From: Albugo candida
Taxonomy: Eukaryota
Reading direction: 5' to 3'
Assembly (NCBI GenBank): GCA_040437565.1
Contig: JBDOQK010000024.1
Coordinates: forward strand, 1 to 64,000
DNA length: 64,000 bases
Shown: in pieces, positions 35,931 through 48,976 of the stretch
How the letters are laid out: each line of letters starts with the position of its first letter
How positions within the stretch are numbered: the stretch's first letter is position 1
Notes under the pieces: generated by a model
The model's input: the letters and a program-made list of their open reading frames with translations, nothing else
Told to the model about the DNA's origin: nothing
The model's database searches: none
Position numbers and translations under genes: made by a program

Positions 35931-36109
35931 GAGCTTCGCGTTCGTAACAGTGATACAGTGACAAAACAATCGACACAATTGGTCAATTTGTGATACAAAA
36001 CACTATTGATTGGTAGCAATACGCTCATACAAAGTCCAAGGTATTTCTCGAGAATTGGCATTGCGGTGTAATGGCTTGTGTGTGTAAGTCCCACCATGAT
36101 GCGATCGGG

Positions 36110-37910
36110 TTGATCTGCGTGTACTAATGAATGCCATACTTTCCGTAAACATTACTATCTCCAAGAATCGAAGCCTTGGTTCCTGTGAAGGAGAATATTG
36201 GAAGAAGTACTGGAATGGGGACTTTAATTCCAATTTGGTCGACATCGATTTCGTGTTCGATTTCCGGCCAGATGATTCTAAAGACGTGAAATAGCTCAAC
36301 CGTTACCATAAGAATTCCAATTGATCATTTTATTGCTTCCAAGTGAGTCGACCGACAAGCACACGAGCACAGGAGTAAATACCTCTTTGGTGTACGTATT
36401 ATTGTGCACGCTGACATTGTTCAATACTGTAGGCCCAACAAAGTTTCCATCAGGGTGATTTTCCCCACGAATGTGGAGTCTGTCCAATACGCATTCGGCT
36501 TCATATCTTGAATAAGATTTTCCNNNNNNNNNNNNNNNNNNNNNNNNNNNNNNNNNNNNNNNNNNNNNNNNNNNNNNNNNNNNNNNNNNNNNNNNNNNNN
36601 NNNNNNNNNNNNNNNNNNNNNNNCCCACGAATGTGGAGTCTGTCCAATACGCATTCGGCTTCATATCTTGAATAAGATTTTCCACGTTAACTTTTGCAGC
36701 TTGAGATATATGCGGACTGGTTTCCGCTCAACCTTCTGCTCCTCCGTCTACCATGAGGAACTTTGCGCATTCAATTTTGCCCACTTTGGAAAACAGATAA
36801 TTAAGGAGAACATGTCGAGTACTTGCGTCTGTGTCGTTCCAACGCAAAAAATAGCAAAAGAGATGGCCATGCAGCGTTGACCCGATGCTCCATAAGCTAC
36901 CCCAATGATCGCGTTTATTGCGTGAGCTTCATCACAATCCGGAAGAATGACGTCGTGATTCTTGGCCCCGTGGCTACCTTGAATCCCTTTACCATTCGCA
37001 CTACCTCGTGCATGAAAATACTTTCCAGTATTTCCTTCAACAAACGATATGGCTTTGATCTCGGGTGCATCACATACTTTCGACAGAACCCTACCAGCTG
37101 TGGCGATTTTGTAAGTAGTAACAGTGAGTCATAAATGATATTGAGCTCTCCGCTTGGTAGGCCAGTCTCTTTTGCCAGCTTTGCGAGAATCCATGCATCC
37201 ACACTGAGAGCTGATCAAAACAATATAAAACCGAGAGGTTCACCATCGTCGCTCCTGTAACCTTTTGCTCAAAGCGGTAGCATTGCTGGGAAATTGAATA
37301 AGCAGATGCCGGAACACGCACACATGTTGTCGGTACGACTAGGTATCGATTCCATGTGCCAAGTTCTCTAGTGTTTCTCCCATCATCAAATTAGCAGCTC
37401 CGCAAGCGTGTTCGATGACTTTCAGTCTCATCCAAATAATTTGCAATAGAAAAAATGGATTAGTTTATTATAAAGTATTCAAGCCTCGATGTACGTCGCC
37501 TTTGGCATACAATATTGTTTTTACCTGCTCCGTAGTGATCGATCGAGTGTGGAGAAGAGAAGGAATACTTGTCATATAGCGAATTTCTATTATGTCTGGG
37601 ACTCCCACGACGAGAGTTCCGGTGGGTCTGGTTCCCACCTCACATATGCACGAGAGGCTTTAATTTAAACATGACCGGCTGGCTGTGTTGTATACCGACT
37701 ATTCTCCATCCGACGAAAGCATTCTGTGCCGCGTAAACTGCTCTTTTCACTTCTGTTTTAGTGGCTTCAGGAACATGAATGTATCACTTCACTGATTGCC
37801 AATAAAGAAAAATGATGTGTTTCTATATGTTAATACGAAATCTTCTCGCGTACTGGGTGATTTAGATTTATCCAGTGTTGACTTTCCGACTGAATAAAGC
37901 TCTATTTATG
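36110..37910 (-). pseudogene. Methylmalonate-semialdehyde dehydrogenase (ALDH6) pseudogene, near full length
   Basis: Fragments in shifting frames with stops: [93 protein letters not shown]. Confidence 0.88.
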
Positions 37911-38129
37911 AATAATAGGACGCGTTTTTGATTAATGAGATAATGAGGTTCTCAAAGCAACTAAGAATGTTGATTGTATTACTGTTGAGATTCGCGCGGG
38001 AAGAATGAATAGATCGCAAGTAAAGTTGCACTTTGCAGCGCGGTTGAAGTTCGAAATGCAGGTCAAATATCGATAGTACCGGTACATCTATGATTGCAGA
38101 AGCTTGAGGCTTATGATTATGATATACTA

Positions 38130-38370
38130 TAAAAACATGATTATGACGCGGCATCACTGCCACATCCACCTTCATGCAACAATTCGTTGGTCACAATTCG
38201 TTTTGGTGCCAATGTAAATGCGCCTTTAAACACATGTTGATGCTACTTTCCATTTATTATAGGGCAATGCATCATAGGGGGTACTCGATGTCAATTTGAA
38301 GCCGTTGGCACGAAGTCAAATGTTTACACAGCGGAACTCTTAGCAGTATCCCATTGACACCGTATTCAAT
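38130..38370 (+). pseudogene. Alpha-carbonic anhydrase pseudogene, 5' fragment
   Basis: DNA homology to the 58770-59105 copy (GATGTCAAT..., CCCATTGACACCGTAT encoding PIDT), then truncated. Confidence 0.55.
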
Positions 38371-38706
38371 GAGCCCATCAAAGTTGAAAGTTATTCGGCA
38401 AGTGTGCGCGCACAAATACTCTCTTCTTATTCTGTGGCGTTTCCGACGTGAAGAAGACGTACGGATCGTTTCTTGTTATAGTGAACTTATAAATAAAAGG
38501 CTGTTTGGAGATGTGCAACAAGGTGATAGCTCTTCCTATTTAGCGGATATGACGTTCGTGGGGTTTAATGAAGCTGGATAGGAGCTCCAAAACTCACCTT
38601 GTAAAAGGACCTTGACACTCTCAGATACACGTTGAAAGTAGATTTCCAGTGCGAGATTTTTCAGCTCCATGCAATTTTGTGGTATGCTTGCTGCAACATC
38701 AGCAAG

Positions 38707-39990
38707 ATGTACTTCCTAGCCGAGATGTGGGTAATTGATCAGGCTGGCTCAGTAGCTATTTTAGGGGATGGAAAGGTATCAAACATCAATTGCACGATGA
38801 TACAACCGTGGTGTTAGAAGAAGCCAGCGGCGAACTCACTCACGTATGTCAAGTCCGTGTCGAAATTAGCGCGAGAAAACGAATTATCGAAACGTTGAGA
38901 CCTTACAACTTATCGATATTCAAATCTGTTTGTAGAATGAAAACTCGAGCTACACGATAGTTTTCAGCGTTTACTGAGAAATTTGGTCAAAACAAATGAA
39001 TCAGTTTTCTTTGCTCGCTACTATCGAGTATACCCAAATCTTATAAAGAGTCAGAAAGAAGATGCTTCAGCAGAATCGTTTGATACATTGTTTGACGGTC
39101 TGAAGAAGGAGACCAAAGACAGAAAAGAGTCTTGAGACGACGAAGGTGTTTCTCAAATCAAGTGCATCCAATACATAGAATCCATCCTTGTCAGCTGATC
39201 ATTGAAGGCTGGAGGGATTACTTAAGAAGCTGTTTCTTTGAAGCTTGTTGGACTCCATGTTCATCGAATTTTTCTAATCCAACGGAATCGTGCCACACCT
39301 TCGGAATATCAGTTTTCCAATGGTACGGCCACGTGGAAAGCTATGATGCGTCTTAGAGCCGCACGGACTTGAACGAATGCGTGCTTTTTTACACCCAGCG
39401 CGTTGCATGATCTCAGTGCTTATTGACTATGATGCCATGGAAATACAATATGCGAGGAGAAATCTTTAGCTGGTGCTTCACGAAAGCTTTCCTTACATTT
39501 TGTCGACGGATCTAATATCGAATGTGTGACATTCTTTCGACTCCTACAAGGCTTCGATTTTGAAATAATAACATAAGTGGTCCGGGTGAGTCTTGTCCTT
39601 TCCACAATTGAGCAAGCATGGACTGATCTAACGTTAAAAACCGGCTTGGTTGGCACTTACCGTCTTGCTGTGCTGGACCTCTTCATATCAGATGTCGTTG
39701 CTCAAGTAGCTCTAGTACTGGTGGCGGTGCTTGAGCACTTGGAGTGGACAACATCTTACACCGCCATTATTAAATTTCAGCTTTTGATATGATCCAATAT
39801 TTTCAAAAACAATCGCACGCTCGAATCGCTGTCGAATTTACATTATGTTGCAAATTGTTCATTTCCTGGATTCTTGCTAAGGGCAGGGCGATCAGAATTG
39901 AAAACTACGTCTGGCAGCACTTTCCATTGCATCTTTTTCAATTCAGGTTAGAAACTCTTCTGTAAACGCCACTCACCAGTCTCAATTAAA
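38707..39990 (+). pseudogene. Decayed secreted-protein gene, subfamily C, copy 1
   Basis: Collinear DNA similarity with 43080-44600, 54001-55420 and 60621-61890; no long ORF. Confidence 0.45.
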
Positions 39991-40511
39991 AATAACAAAG
40001 CGGCATTGTCACTATGCGCTGGACGGCTGTAATGATTTGCGTAGACGATAACAGAGCTTGTAGGAGATAGGCCGGGAAGCTCAGAATCTCCCCATATGCA
40101 TAAGATGAACTAAACATGCCGAGGATCTTTCAACGAGTAAGGAGGCTATACACTAGCATGATAGGTAGGAAAATTTTGCCACAACGCAAAGCATAGAAAT
40201 GGGCACCATCCACCGCGTTTTCAGCTTAGGCTTAAGTACAGCTCGGTATACAAGAAAGCCAGAGGAAAGCACACATTCTAAAATACAGAGCGTTGTAACT
40301 TGTTCGGTTTCGAATGAAAGCATGCATGCACATCCTTCCGCCCTCTTCAACTGCCAATGATGCACATGGGTACTTGGATAGAACACAGAAAGGACGCATT
40401 CTAGAATACGAAACGTTGCATGCTGCCCAACTTGCTAGTTAAAGCATAGCACACGCCATTCTGATTCCTACAAATCTACCATTTTCGAAAAGTCAACTGA
40501 GCGCACAGAAG

Positions 40512-41933
40512 ATGAAAGCCTTCTCTTCGAAAACGTACGCTGCTCTTGTACTCGGTGTATTACAAGCTCGCCATCACTTTGTGGCCGCTACATTAGATTT
40601 TACCGTTAATATATGGCCTGAAATACGCTTAGAGAATGATAATCGTGTGCTTCATTCGATTGACCTAATGGAGAAGTATACTGTCTCAATCGACTCTGGT
40701 CATATCAGTCGCCGTACTGCGAAAGTTACCTCAGAGGAAGAGTTCAAACGTGGAGGAAAAGGCTCTGTGAACTCAATGACTGGTTCGGCAAGCCATAAAA
40801 CTGGTAAAATGCGAAATGATTTTAATGGTGATTTATCTCGAAGTCTACTGGAAAATTCAAGTACTGCAGATCAGCTTTTGGCTCATAATCTAGAAGACAA
40901 ATCGAGTATTTGGCATGTTGACACAATTGTGACGGAGAATCTTAATACTGTTTTGCATACGACCGGCTGGAAGTTGCTCGGATCTCTTTTGATTGAATGG
41001 TTTAAAATTAAGCTGCTATATGCTTTCGAGAATCGTGTTTTTATGGAACGTAAAGCTTACGTGAAAAGACATGACGGGGTGTATAGTCATGCATGGACAG
41101 CGGAAAAAGGTTATGTGTTCGAGATCGGATTACCGGAACCAATACATCCTGGATCAGCGCGCGAGGATGACCAACTTCTACGGGTGACTGTAGATCGCGG
41201 CAGCTCTGAGCAATTTCCCGTGAAAATGCGAGTAGATCTCGACACAGAAACTATCAGTATACCACCACCTCTCTATAGGTCATGCCAAAGAGATCTAAAT
41301 ATCCTCCACTTCTGGGTAGCAAAAGACGGAAATGGAAACGCTGTATTTCAAGGAGCGTACTCCAGTATCAATGATCTTGCTATCATGCACCCATGTGAAT
41401 TGCCGAAAATGGCTATCACCGTGAGAATTCCTGATGCTGGATCCTTCAGAANNNNNNNNNNNNNNNNNNNNNNNNNNNNNNNNNNNNNNNNNNNNNNNNN
41501 NNNNNNNNNNNNNNNNNNNNNNNNNNNNNNNNNNNNNNNNNNNNNNNNNNNTCTCGACACAGAAACTATCAGTATACCACCACCTCTCTATAGGTCATGC
41601 CAAAGAGATCTAAATATCCTCCACTTTTGGGTAGCAGAAGACGGAAATGGAAACGCTGTATTTCAAGGAGCGTACTCCAGTATCAATGATCTTGCTATCG
41701 TGCACCCATGTGAATTGCCGAAAATGGCTATCACCGTGAGAATTCCTGATGCTGGATCCTTCAGAATCAATCTCTCTGCATATACCGTTTATGATGAAGG
41801 AATTTGTACTTTTCTGATTATGCAATCAAAGGATGATGTATTAGTACTTGGAGCTCCAATACTAAAATCTTGCTCTGTTATCATTCGAAACACAAATCGT
41901 GAATTAGCATATCAATTCCTTTGTCGTGATTGA
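40512..41933 (+). CDS. Secreted degenerate aspartic-protease-like protein, subfamily A (A1)
   Basis: Signal-peptide-like start, paralogous to 62484; MRVDLDTETISIP and VLVLGAPILKS align with pepsin C-lobe motifs; 41552-41766 repeats 41237-41451 across a gap. Confidence 0.75.
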   Translation: MKAFSSKTYAALVLGVLQARHHFVAATLDFTVNIWPEIRLENDNRVLHSIDLMEKYTVSIDSGHISRRTAKVTSEEEFKRGGKGSVNSMTGSASHKTGKMRNDFNGDLSRSLLENSSTADQLLAHNLEDKSSIWHVDTIVTENLNTVLHTTGWKLLGSLLIEWFKIKLLYAFENRVFMERKAYVKRHDGVYSHAWTAEKGYVFEIGLPEPIHPGSAREDDQLLRVTVDRGSSEQFPVKMRVDLDTETISIPPPLYRSCQRDLNILHFWVAKDGNGNAVFQGAYSSINDLAIMHPCELPKMAITVRIPDAGSFRXXXXXXXXXXXXXXXXXXXXXXXXXXXXXXXXXXLDTETISIPPPLYRSCQRDLNILHFWVAEDGNGNAVFQGAYSSINDLAIVHPCELPKMAITVRIPDAGSFRINLSAYTVYDEGICTFLIMQSKDDVLVLGAPILKSCSVIIRNTNRELAYQFLCRD

Positions 41934-42059
41934 CCGAGTTTCTATGGTATGATATGGGGGTAATCATTATGTTTAGAAGCTTCACAGTGAAGCCGTCGCG
42001 ATTGTTACCCAATAAGCTCAATACATAAGATGAATTGTGGGGAATCTTAACATCGTTTT

Positions 42060-42940
42060 CTCTTTTGGATCAATAATTGGTCAAGATTCATGATAACAGA
42101 TTGATGTGATCCGTAGACGCAACTTTCAACTATAGTGCTGCCTTACATTTCGACAATGACGTGGGTGAAACATAGCTTGCGGGCTCTAAGCTTCATACAT
42201 AGAAATGGATTCTAATTGAGTCACATAGGTCCCTCGTAGATCAAGATGCATGTACCTGATAATTTCAACCTCAAAAAATTGATTTGGACGGTAGTCAGCG
42301 ATTCATGATAGTCAAGATCACTTGCTGAATGCACCGTGTTACAGCAAAAGAATACGCTTCAGATCCACCGAGACGAAAAAATATTGGGCATCACACAGCC
42401 GGGGTAAAAGAACCAAAAAAATCGTTGCAATACTCGCGTCGAGGATGAAAACTAAACTGCTAGACGCCATATCTACGAAAGGATGCTTACGTGGCTGGTT
42501 TCAAAAGTTTTGATGTAATGGTCGGAATAGCTTCGTGATACTCGGAAACAACCCAAGCTTGCATTCTAAAAGGTTTTGTATGAAGAACATAGACATCACG
42601 GTCACCGGCAGCCCGATTTGAGTACACTTGTAATTGTCATCAGAGATGAAAACGGTGAGATGAGTTTGAGAAGAAGGTGCGACCAAATATGAGCCAACAT
42701 TTCGTGGCCGACTGGTAGCTCAAAATAATAAATTTGCCACTCGAATTTGGAATTCTATAAACCACACGCTACGAAATTAAGATAAAGGCTCGTATTACGA
42801 GTCGAGTTGTTCAAATGAATTTTTTATTTCGAACACAAAGAAACGTAGCATTGTTGCGAAGAAAAGCAGCACGAATGATGGAATGTTTGCATGCCTATTG
42901 CCATCAAGCCTGGTGAATAATGTGCTTGAAGAAGGCTAGA
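42060..42940 (+). pseudogene. Decayed repeat unit D, copy 1 (possible degenerate family member)
   Basis: Collinear similarity with 45310-46260 and 63690-64000 (TTCATGATAGTCAAGATCA, TGATACTCGGA, GGAATGTTTGCAT). Confidence 0.4.
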
Positions 42941-43079
42941 AATGTCTCGTTTAACTGTGCATGCCCATAGTGTATCGAAACTTGATCAGGTGCTTGTAGT
43001 ATCTCGACACCATTACTTCTTCTTGTCGACTCTTTACCATCAATATTTCGCTGACTTTCGTAGGTTCAGCAATAGCGAC

Positions 43080-44600
43080 ATTGGGAAACCTATTTCGTCG
43101 ATACTAGATTTTCGTTCTTAACGAAATACTGAAACGTTGGACTCTTTGACTTATCGATACTAATGCCATTTTGAAGAGTGGAGCCTCGAGCTGAACGATT
43201 ATTGTCTCAAGCGTTTGCTCAAAATATGGTCAGAAAAAACGAACCAGTTTAGTCTTTGTCCGATCATATCGAGTGTCCTAATCTTATAAAGCAAATTGTT
43301 TGCGTGTCTGAAGGAGTCCAAAGCCAGAAAAGCATCTTATGTCGGCAAAGGTTCTCTCAAAAAAATAGCGCTTCACTTAACATGCCGTGTAGTATTTGCA
43401 CTTGTCCCGATACGACTCCAAATAGAAGTGTGAATTTGTGACTTTGTGTATACTGACCGACCCATTTAAGCCCCCATCATAGCCACTTTTTTCAAGTCAA
43501 ATCAACGAGCAGAAGAATGCTGCTTCTGAGACCCAAACATACACTTTGCTATCACCACGATCCATGAGCCTGATCTTGCTTTAGCATGGAAGAATGCTAG
43601 CGTAAATATGAGATGTTTCTAAGTTGAAAACTACATATCCTCGACGTCGAACGTGTACATTACATCGAGCGCCTTGCTTGATCTCAACACTGGTGACTAC
43701 ACCATGCGAGGGCAAAACTTGAGCTGGTGCTTTCACGAAAGCTTTCCTTACATACTTGTCGACGGACCTGGAGTCTAACGTGCCACATCCATTTGACTCG
43801 GTATTTACTACAGTATTTAATGTTAAAGGTGGCGATGCCTATGCACTTCNNNNNNNNNNNNNNNNNNNNNNNNNNNNNNNNNNNNNNNNNNNNNNNNNNN
43901 NNNNNNNNNNNNNNNNNNNNNNNNNNNNNNNNNNNNNNNNNNNNNNNNNCCCATCATAGCCACTTTTTTCAAGTCAAATCAACGAGCAGAAGAATGCTGC
44001 TTCTGAGACCCAAACATACACTTTGCTATCACCACGATCCATGAGCCTGATCTTGCTTTAGCATGGAAGAATGCTAGCGTAAATATGAGATGTTTCTAAG
44101 TTGAAAACTACATATCCTCGACGTCGAACGTGTACATTACATCGAGCGCCTTGCTTGATCTCAACACTGGTGACTACACCATGCGAGGGCAAAACTTGAG
44201 CTGGTGCTTTCACGAAAGCTTTCCTTACATACTTGTCGACGGACCTGGAGTCTAACGTGCCACATCCATTTGACTCGGTATTTACTACAGTATTTAATGT
44301 TAAAGGTGGCGATGCCTATGCACTTCGCACACTTCATCAGTCTCATTCGCAATATCAGCGGTTGCAGGAGTGGAACAGCATCGAGAGACGCCATTGATAA
44401 TTTCCAGCTCGGTATACAATTGAAGACAACCGCCCACTCGATTCGATTTTCGAATTGCCATTATGTTGAAGGCACTAAGACGATTTGCAAATTGTTTCTT
44501 TTCTGTCTTCTTGCTGAAGGCAGGACGATCAATGTTGGAGAATACGTTCGACAGCACTTTTCACTGCATCCTTTCCTGTTAAAGACAAATGCATTTTGAA
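43080..44600 (+). pseudogene. Decayed secreted-protein gene, subfamily C, copy 2 (5'-truncated; contains a gap overlap)
   Basis: Shared blocks CACGAAAGCTTTCCTTACAT and GACGTCGAACGT; C-terminal TICKLFLFCLLAEGRTINVGEYVRQHFSL. Confidence 0.45.
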
Positions 44601-44917
44601 GCATGACTTACCAGTCCCACTGGAATATAACAAAGCGGCATCGCCACTATGCGCTGGACAGCTGTAGCGATTGGCATAGACGTTAACAGAGCTTGTAGAA
44701 GATAGGTCGCGTTGCCCAACATAACCCATACAACAGAATGAACTAGGCAATGGCAAGGATATCCGACGATTAAGGAGATACACTAGCTTGATAGCGAGCA
44801 GGCTTAGGTACGCCTCNNNNNNNNNNNNNNNNNNNNNNNNNNNNNNNNNNNNNNNNNNNNNNNNNNNNNNNNNNNNNNNNNNNNNNNNNNNNNNNNNNNN
44901 NNNNNNNNNNNNNNNNC

Positions 44918-45103
44918 ATCTATTTCTCTGATTATACTGTCAGTGAAAAAAAACGTTGTACTGCTATGTTCGTGGAATCAACGGATGATACATTATTTTT
45001 TGGAGCTCCAATGTTAAAATCGTACGTTGTTATCATTCACAGCACCAACGGTGCATTATCTTATTATATCCGTCCTCGCAATGAACCGGTTTCTTCGGTA
45101 TGA
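44918..45103 (+). CDS. 3' end of a further subfamily A member (A2); remainder hidden in gap 44817-44916
   Basis: Open frame IYFSDYTVSEKKRCTAMFVESTDDTLFFGAPMLKSYVVIIHST...*, matching the C-termini of A1 and A3; flanks match theirs too. Confidence 0.8.
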   Translation: MYFSDYTVSEKKRCTAMFVESTDDTLFFGAPMLKSYVVIIHSTNGALSYYIRPRNEPVSSV

Positions 45104-45309
45104 TATCGAGGTAATCAGTGCGTTTGAAGATCACATATAGCCGTAGCGATTGTCACACAAGTAAGATTAATACACAAGGTTTATCGCTAAATTGAACTGC
45201 TTTATTGAACTGCGAAATCGATTACTCAAATAATAATTCCAGGATATATCCAAACGCTGAACTTTGCAAGAGCTAGTTCCTGCTTTGTTAGAAGCTGAAT
45301 GCTGTAGAT

Positions 45310-46260
45310 GAAGCGACAAAGCCTTTGCAGAAGAATTAATATATCGATAGCACGAATTACTCGTTCGATTTCTGTGTCAATGCTTGGTCAAAGGTTTTGA
45401 GAAAAGATCAGACTTATGAAACCCGTATTTGGACCACACGTCGACATGGAATTTTTTCGTTGTCTTCCATTTCGAAAAGAGGCGAATGGAACGTAGGTAG
45501 CGTGCTGTTTAAACTTCAAAAGTAGACTTACTCCTACTTGAGCCACATAAGGTCCCTTGCAAATCAAAATAAACGTACCTGATATTTTTGTATTTAGAAC
45601 TAATTCGAACGTAGTTCATGATAGTCAAGATCAATGCTGAATACACCATGCGTTACAGCAAAAGAATATGCTCCGGGTTCATCGAGGCGCACCAATGTGC
45701 GCAGCGAATCGGGGAAGCACTCAGCCGTGGTAATCGAACCAAACCAGGTTGCAATATCTGCGCCGAGGATGAAAAGCAAGTAAACTGCTAGAAGCCATAT
45801 GCGCAATATATTGATCACGTGGCTGGACTTAAGATTTTGGTGCATTAGCAAATGCTAATGATCAGAATAGATCGCTGATACTCGGATACAAGGCAAGCTT
45901 GCTTGTCAAAAGAAAATGGATAAATCTGTAGTAATTACAGTTGTCCACAGCCTCCTTTGGGTACAGTTTTGAAAGTTTTTATCTCTTTTGAAAGTGACTA
46001 CTTATACAGATACGCTCCAACATGTCGTCACCGACTGATTAATCAGATTGAGAAATTCGCCGCTCAGATCGTGTGCTTGGAAATTGCATACACCAAACGT
46101 TACGGATTTAAGAAGACAAGCTCATACTACGAGTCGAATATCCAAATGGGTTTCGCATATGATTGTAGCAGTGTTGCAAATAGAAGTAGCACAAATGAAG
46201 GAATGTTTGCATCGCTATTGTCATCATACCTGGTAAATAGAAAGCCCAGGTAAAATATAA
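45310..46260 (+). pseudogene. Decayed repeat unit D, copy 2
   Basis: Similar to 42060-42940 and 63690-64000; reads YSFDFCVNAWSKV near its start, like A1 TLDFTVNIWPEI. Confidence 0.4.
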
Positions 46261-48976
46261 GGATTGCTTCACTTCGCTATAAATGGCCATATGATCCAAC
46301 GAGTCGAAACCTGGTTTGGTCGTTGTGGTCATTCTACACTAAATTCAGTAGAACCTACATGAAGAAATCAAACACCTCGATATTGCATTTTCCCCCTTCC
46401 TCCGAATATGTGGAACAAAAAAGTGCAACAAGGAACCGTGAGCGCCTGTATCGTGTTTGAACAGCCAGTCTGATCATGGACTATGATCGAGTATTCTCAC
46501 GAGTGATTCCGTATAAAGAAAACTGATCATGAAAAGTCCTGTTTGGCTATCATCGTACGCCGTTTGTATCCGCATATAGAGTTCCACATATTATGGGAAA
46601 CGGTAAAGAGCCTGTAATGTATACGCTGCACCAACCGAGGGACAAATGGAAAAGCTTTAGATGCAAAGATCATTACGGCATGGATCGTTTGGACAAGTGC
46701 TTGGTCAGAACAAAAAAATGAAAATTTGGCATAGGAACTAGTTAGATCTTGTACGCTTGCGACATACGGATGAGTGATTTGCAATCAACCGATTGCTGGA
46801 TCAGATTTGGCGCGGGCCGGATATTTACACCACGTAGATGCCAATTATGACGACAAAATCACTTTCTAGAAACTCTCGAGATATGGAAACGATTCTGGCG
46901 ACAACAATTGGCATGACGCAATTTTCTACTAGAACAATCTTTGACAAAATCGGGTGATGAAGAAAAAGCCATCGACGAATTCAAGGGCAACCCACAACTG
47001 GTGCAATAATGCTTTTTCGGGTCGAATTTATGAAGGGGTCTTCCTAAACTGCTCGCCAATACGTCGGTAATTGAGCATGTAGCGACATATATGATCGGGA
47101 ATATGCGCTGAGCGACCGATAGGACCACGTTTGCTCTTCACACAGAGCCATTTATTCTCAGAATTATAGGTAAACGACCATGTGAATACCACCAAGGCCG
47201 CATCGCTACCTATGTACAATCACAACCAGAGAATGCATTCTGGGCGGGGAAGCCCCACCCCATTAAAGTTAACGACCTTCCTTTTCCAAATGTGAAATGA
47301 TCTTTTAATGACTAAGTCTGGTCGCGACGTGTAGTACGTGGTGTGCACCGCAGTATCTCAATTTCTCTCACATCGTTATTTGTGCCACTCGCATCGTATA
47401 AGCAATACCGTTATGCGGGGAGATAGAAGCCATTGAGACCCAGCAATAATTTTCGAGCACTCTTTATAAGAATGGCTACTAGATCGTTAGTTACAACCAG
47501 ACCGTTCGAAGTGTGTTCTTTTCCTAAGGCTCAGTGGCTGTAAAAGCTGCAAACGGCATCATTCCGCTACTTTTGGCTGGAACACTTCTATATTTCTTTC
47601 ATTTGCATGCCGAGAAGTTTGACCATCAAGCCCGCCCCTATCCAACGCTCTTTACTACAAACCCGAAGCGTTTTGCATCTGACGACGAGGATTGTGTGTG
47701 GTTTAACTTGACTTAACATGTGACAGCGAGACTGAATGATGTCGAAACTCAAATCGAATAACCATACACAAAACGCTGATGTTTATTACGTCGATCAGAG
47801 CTCTATTCAGTGTTTCGCTTACTTTCTATTGTCTATGAAAATGTTGTCTTGAAGAGATGGCAACAAGTACGCATGTGCTGTTTAGGCTATTCTGATAGCC
47901 TGTACATGAAGATCTATTCGTATTTTGTGGTCGTCACCTTCCATCCCGTGGAATGTGATATCCGCTGCATAACATTTTACGCCTTGATCTTTATGCGTCT
48001 TCATGATGTCTTGAACGATCTTTAATCCTATGAGTATACATCCTCGATTTAGTATACTGCAATGTACTGCTGATCCACACATTCAGATGCGTTCCTTCTG
48101 ACTCCAGCGGGTCGTGTACGTCTATCACTCGAACACTGTCGTCAAGTCTTTTGTAAAATTCAGTGAAATGCTTCTGTATTTGAGATCTTGATATTCAAAA
48201 ATGTAGCTCAGCCCTTAAACATGCAAGAATTTTGCAAACAATCCATCGACTAGTGTACCTTTTAGCCACAATGAAAACGAATTACTTTCTTCAACCAAAT
48301 CACGCGAGCAAGTGTCATCAAAACAATTCGAATTCTGATCCATCACAAGGGTCAAGCCTTTTATTAAGACCGCAAACTGATGATGCGCAATAGATGATCC
48401 GAGCCCAAGAATAGGGTACGTTCACGTAAAAAGGCTCTGCTTTCTTATCCGTGAAATTCGAATTATAAAATATTCCTAGGTTNNNNNNNNNNNNNNNNNN
48501 NNNNNNNNNNNNNNNNNNNNNNNNNNNNNNNNNNNNNNNNNNNNNNNNNNNNNNNNNNNNNNNNNNNNNNNNNNNNNNNNNNCGTGAAATTCGAATTATA
48601 AAATATTCCTAGGTTAACTCCTCTGTGTAATTGGGCCATGGAGGTCTACCGTAGCCAGCAAATGTCTAAAGAATTTGTACTTTGTAATATGGAAGCGCAC
48701 CTATCGGGTTAAAGTGAAACAAAATGAGACAAAAAACGTGCGCTGACTGCAACATGCGTTGCGTATTTACGCGGATAATAAGAATGCATGCGTTGCTTAA
48801 TTCAACCTTATATTGTAGGAGAACAGGAAAGTAGAACGGCAATCAGATATATCTTTTACTGGAGCAACTTACTCTGATCTTAAGTGCGTTATCGCGGATA
48901 CGTCGAGGTACAATTTCCACTTCGTGATGCAAAGCATTTTTGCAGGTACGGTAGCGCACATTGTTCATTCGAACTT

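Noticed and set aside
37548-37644. TGTG...CACA-bounded ~97-bp insert in the MMSDH pseudogene as a solo LTR
   Set aside because: No target-site duplication; could equally be a decayed intron.
47230-47500. Possible LTR remnant with a GC hairpin
   Set aside because: No matching TG...CA termini with a TSD and no second copy in the window.
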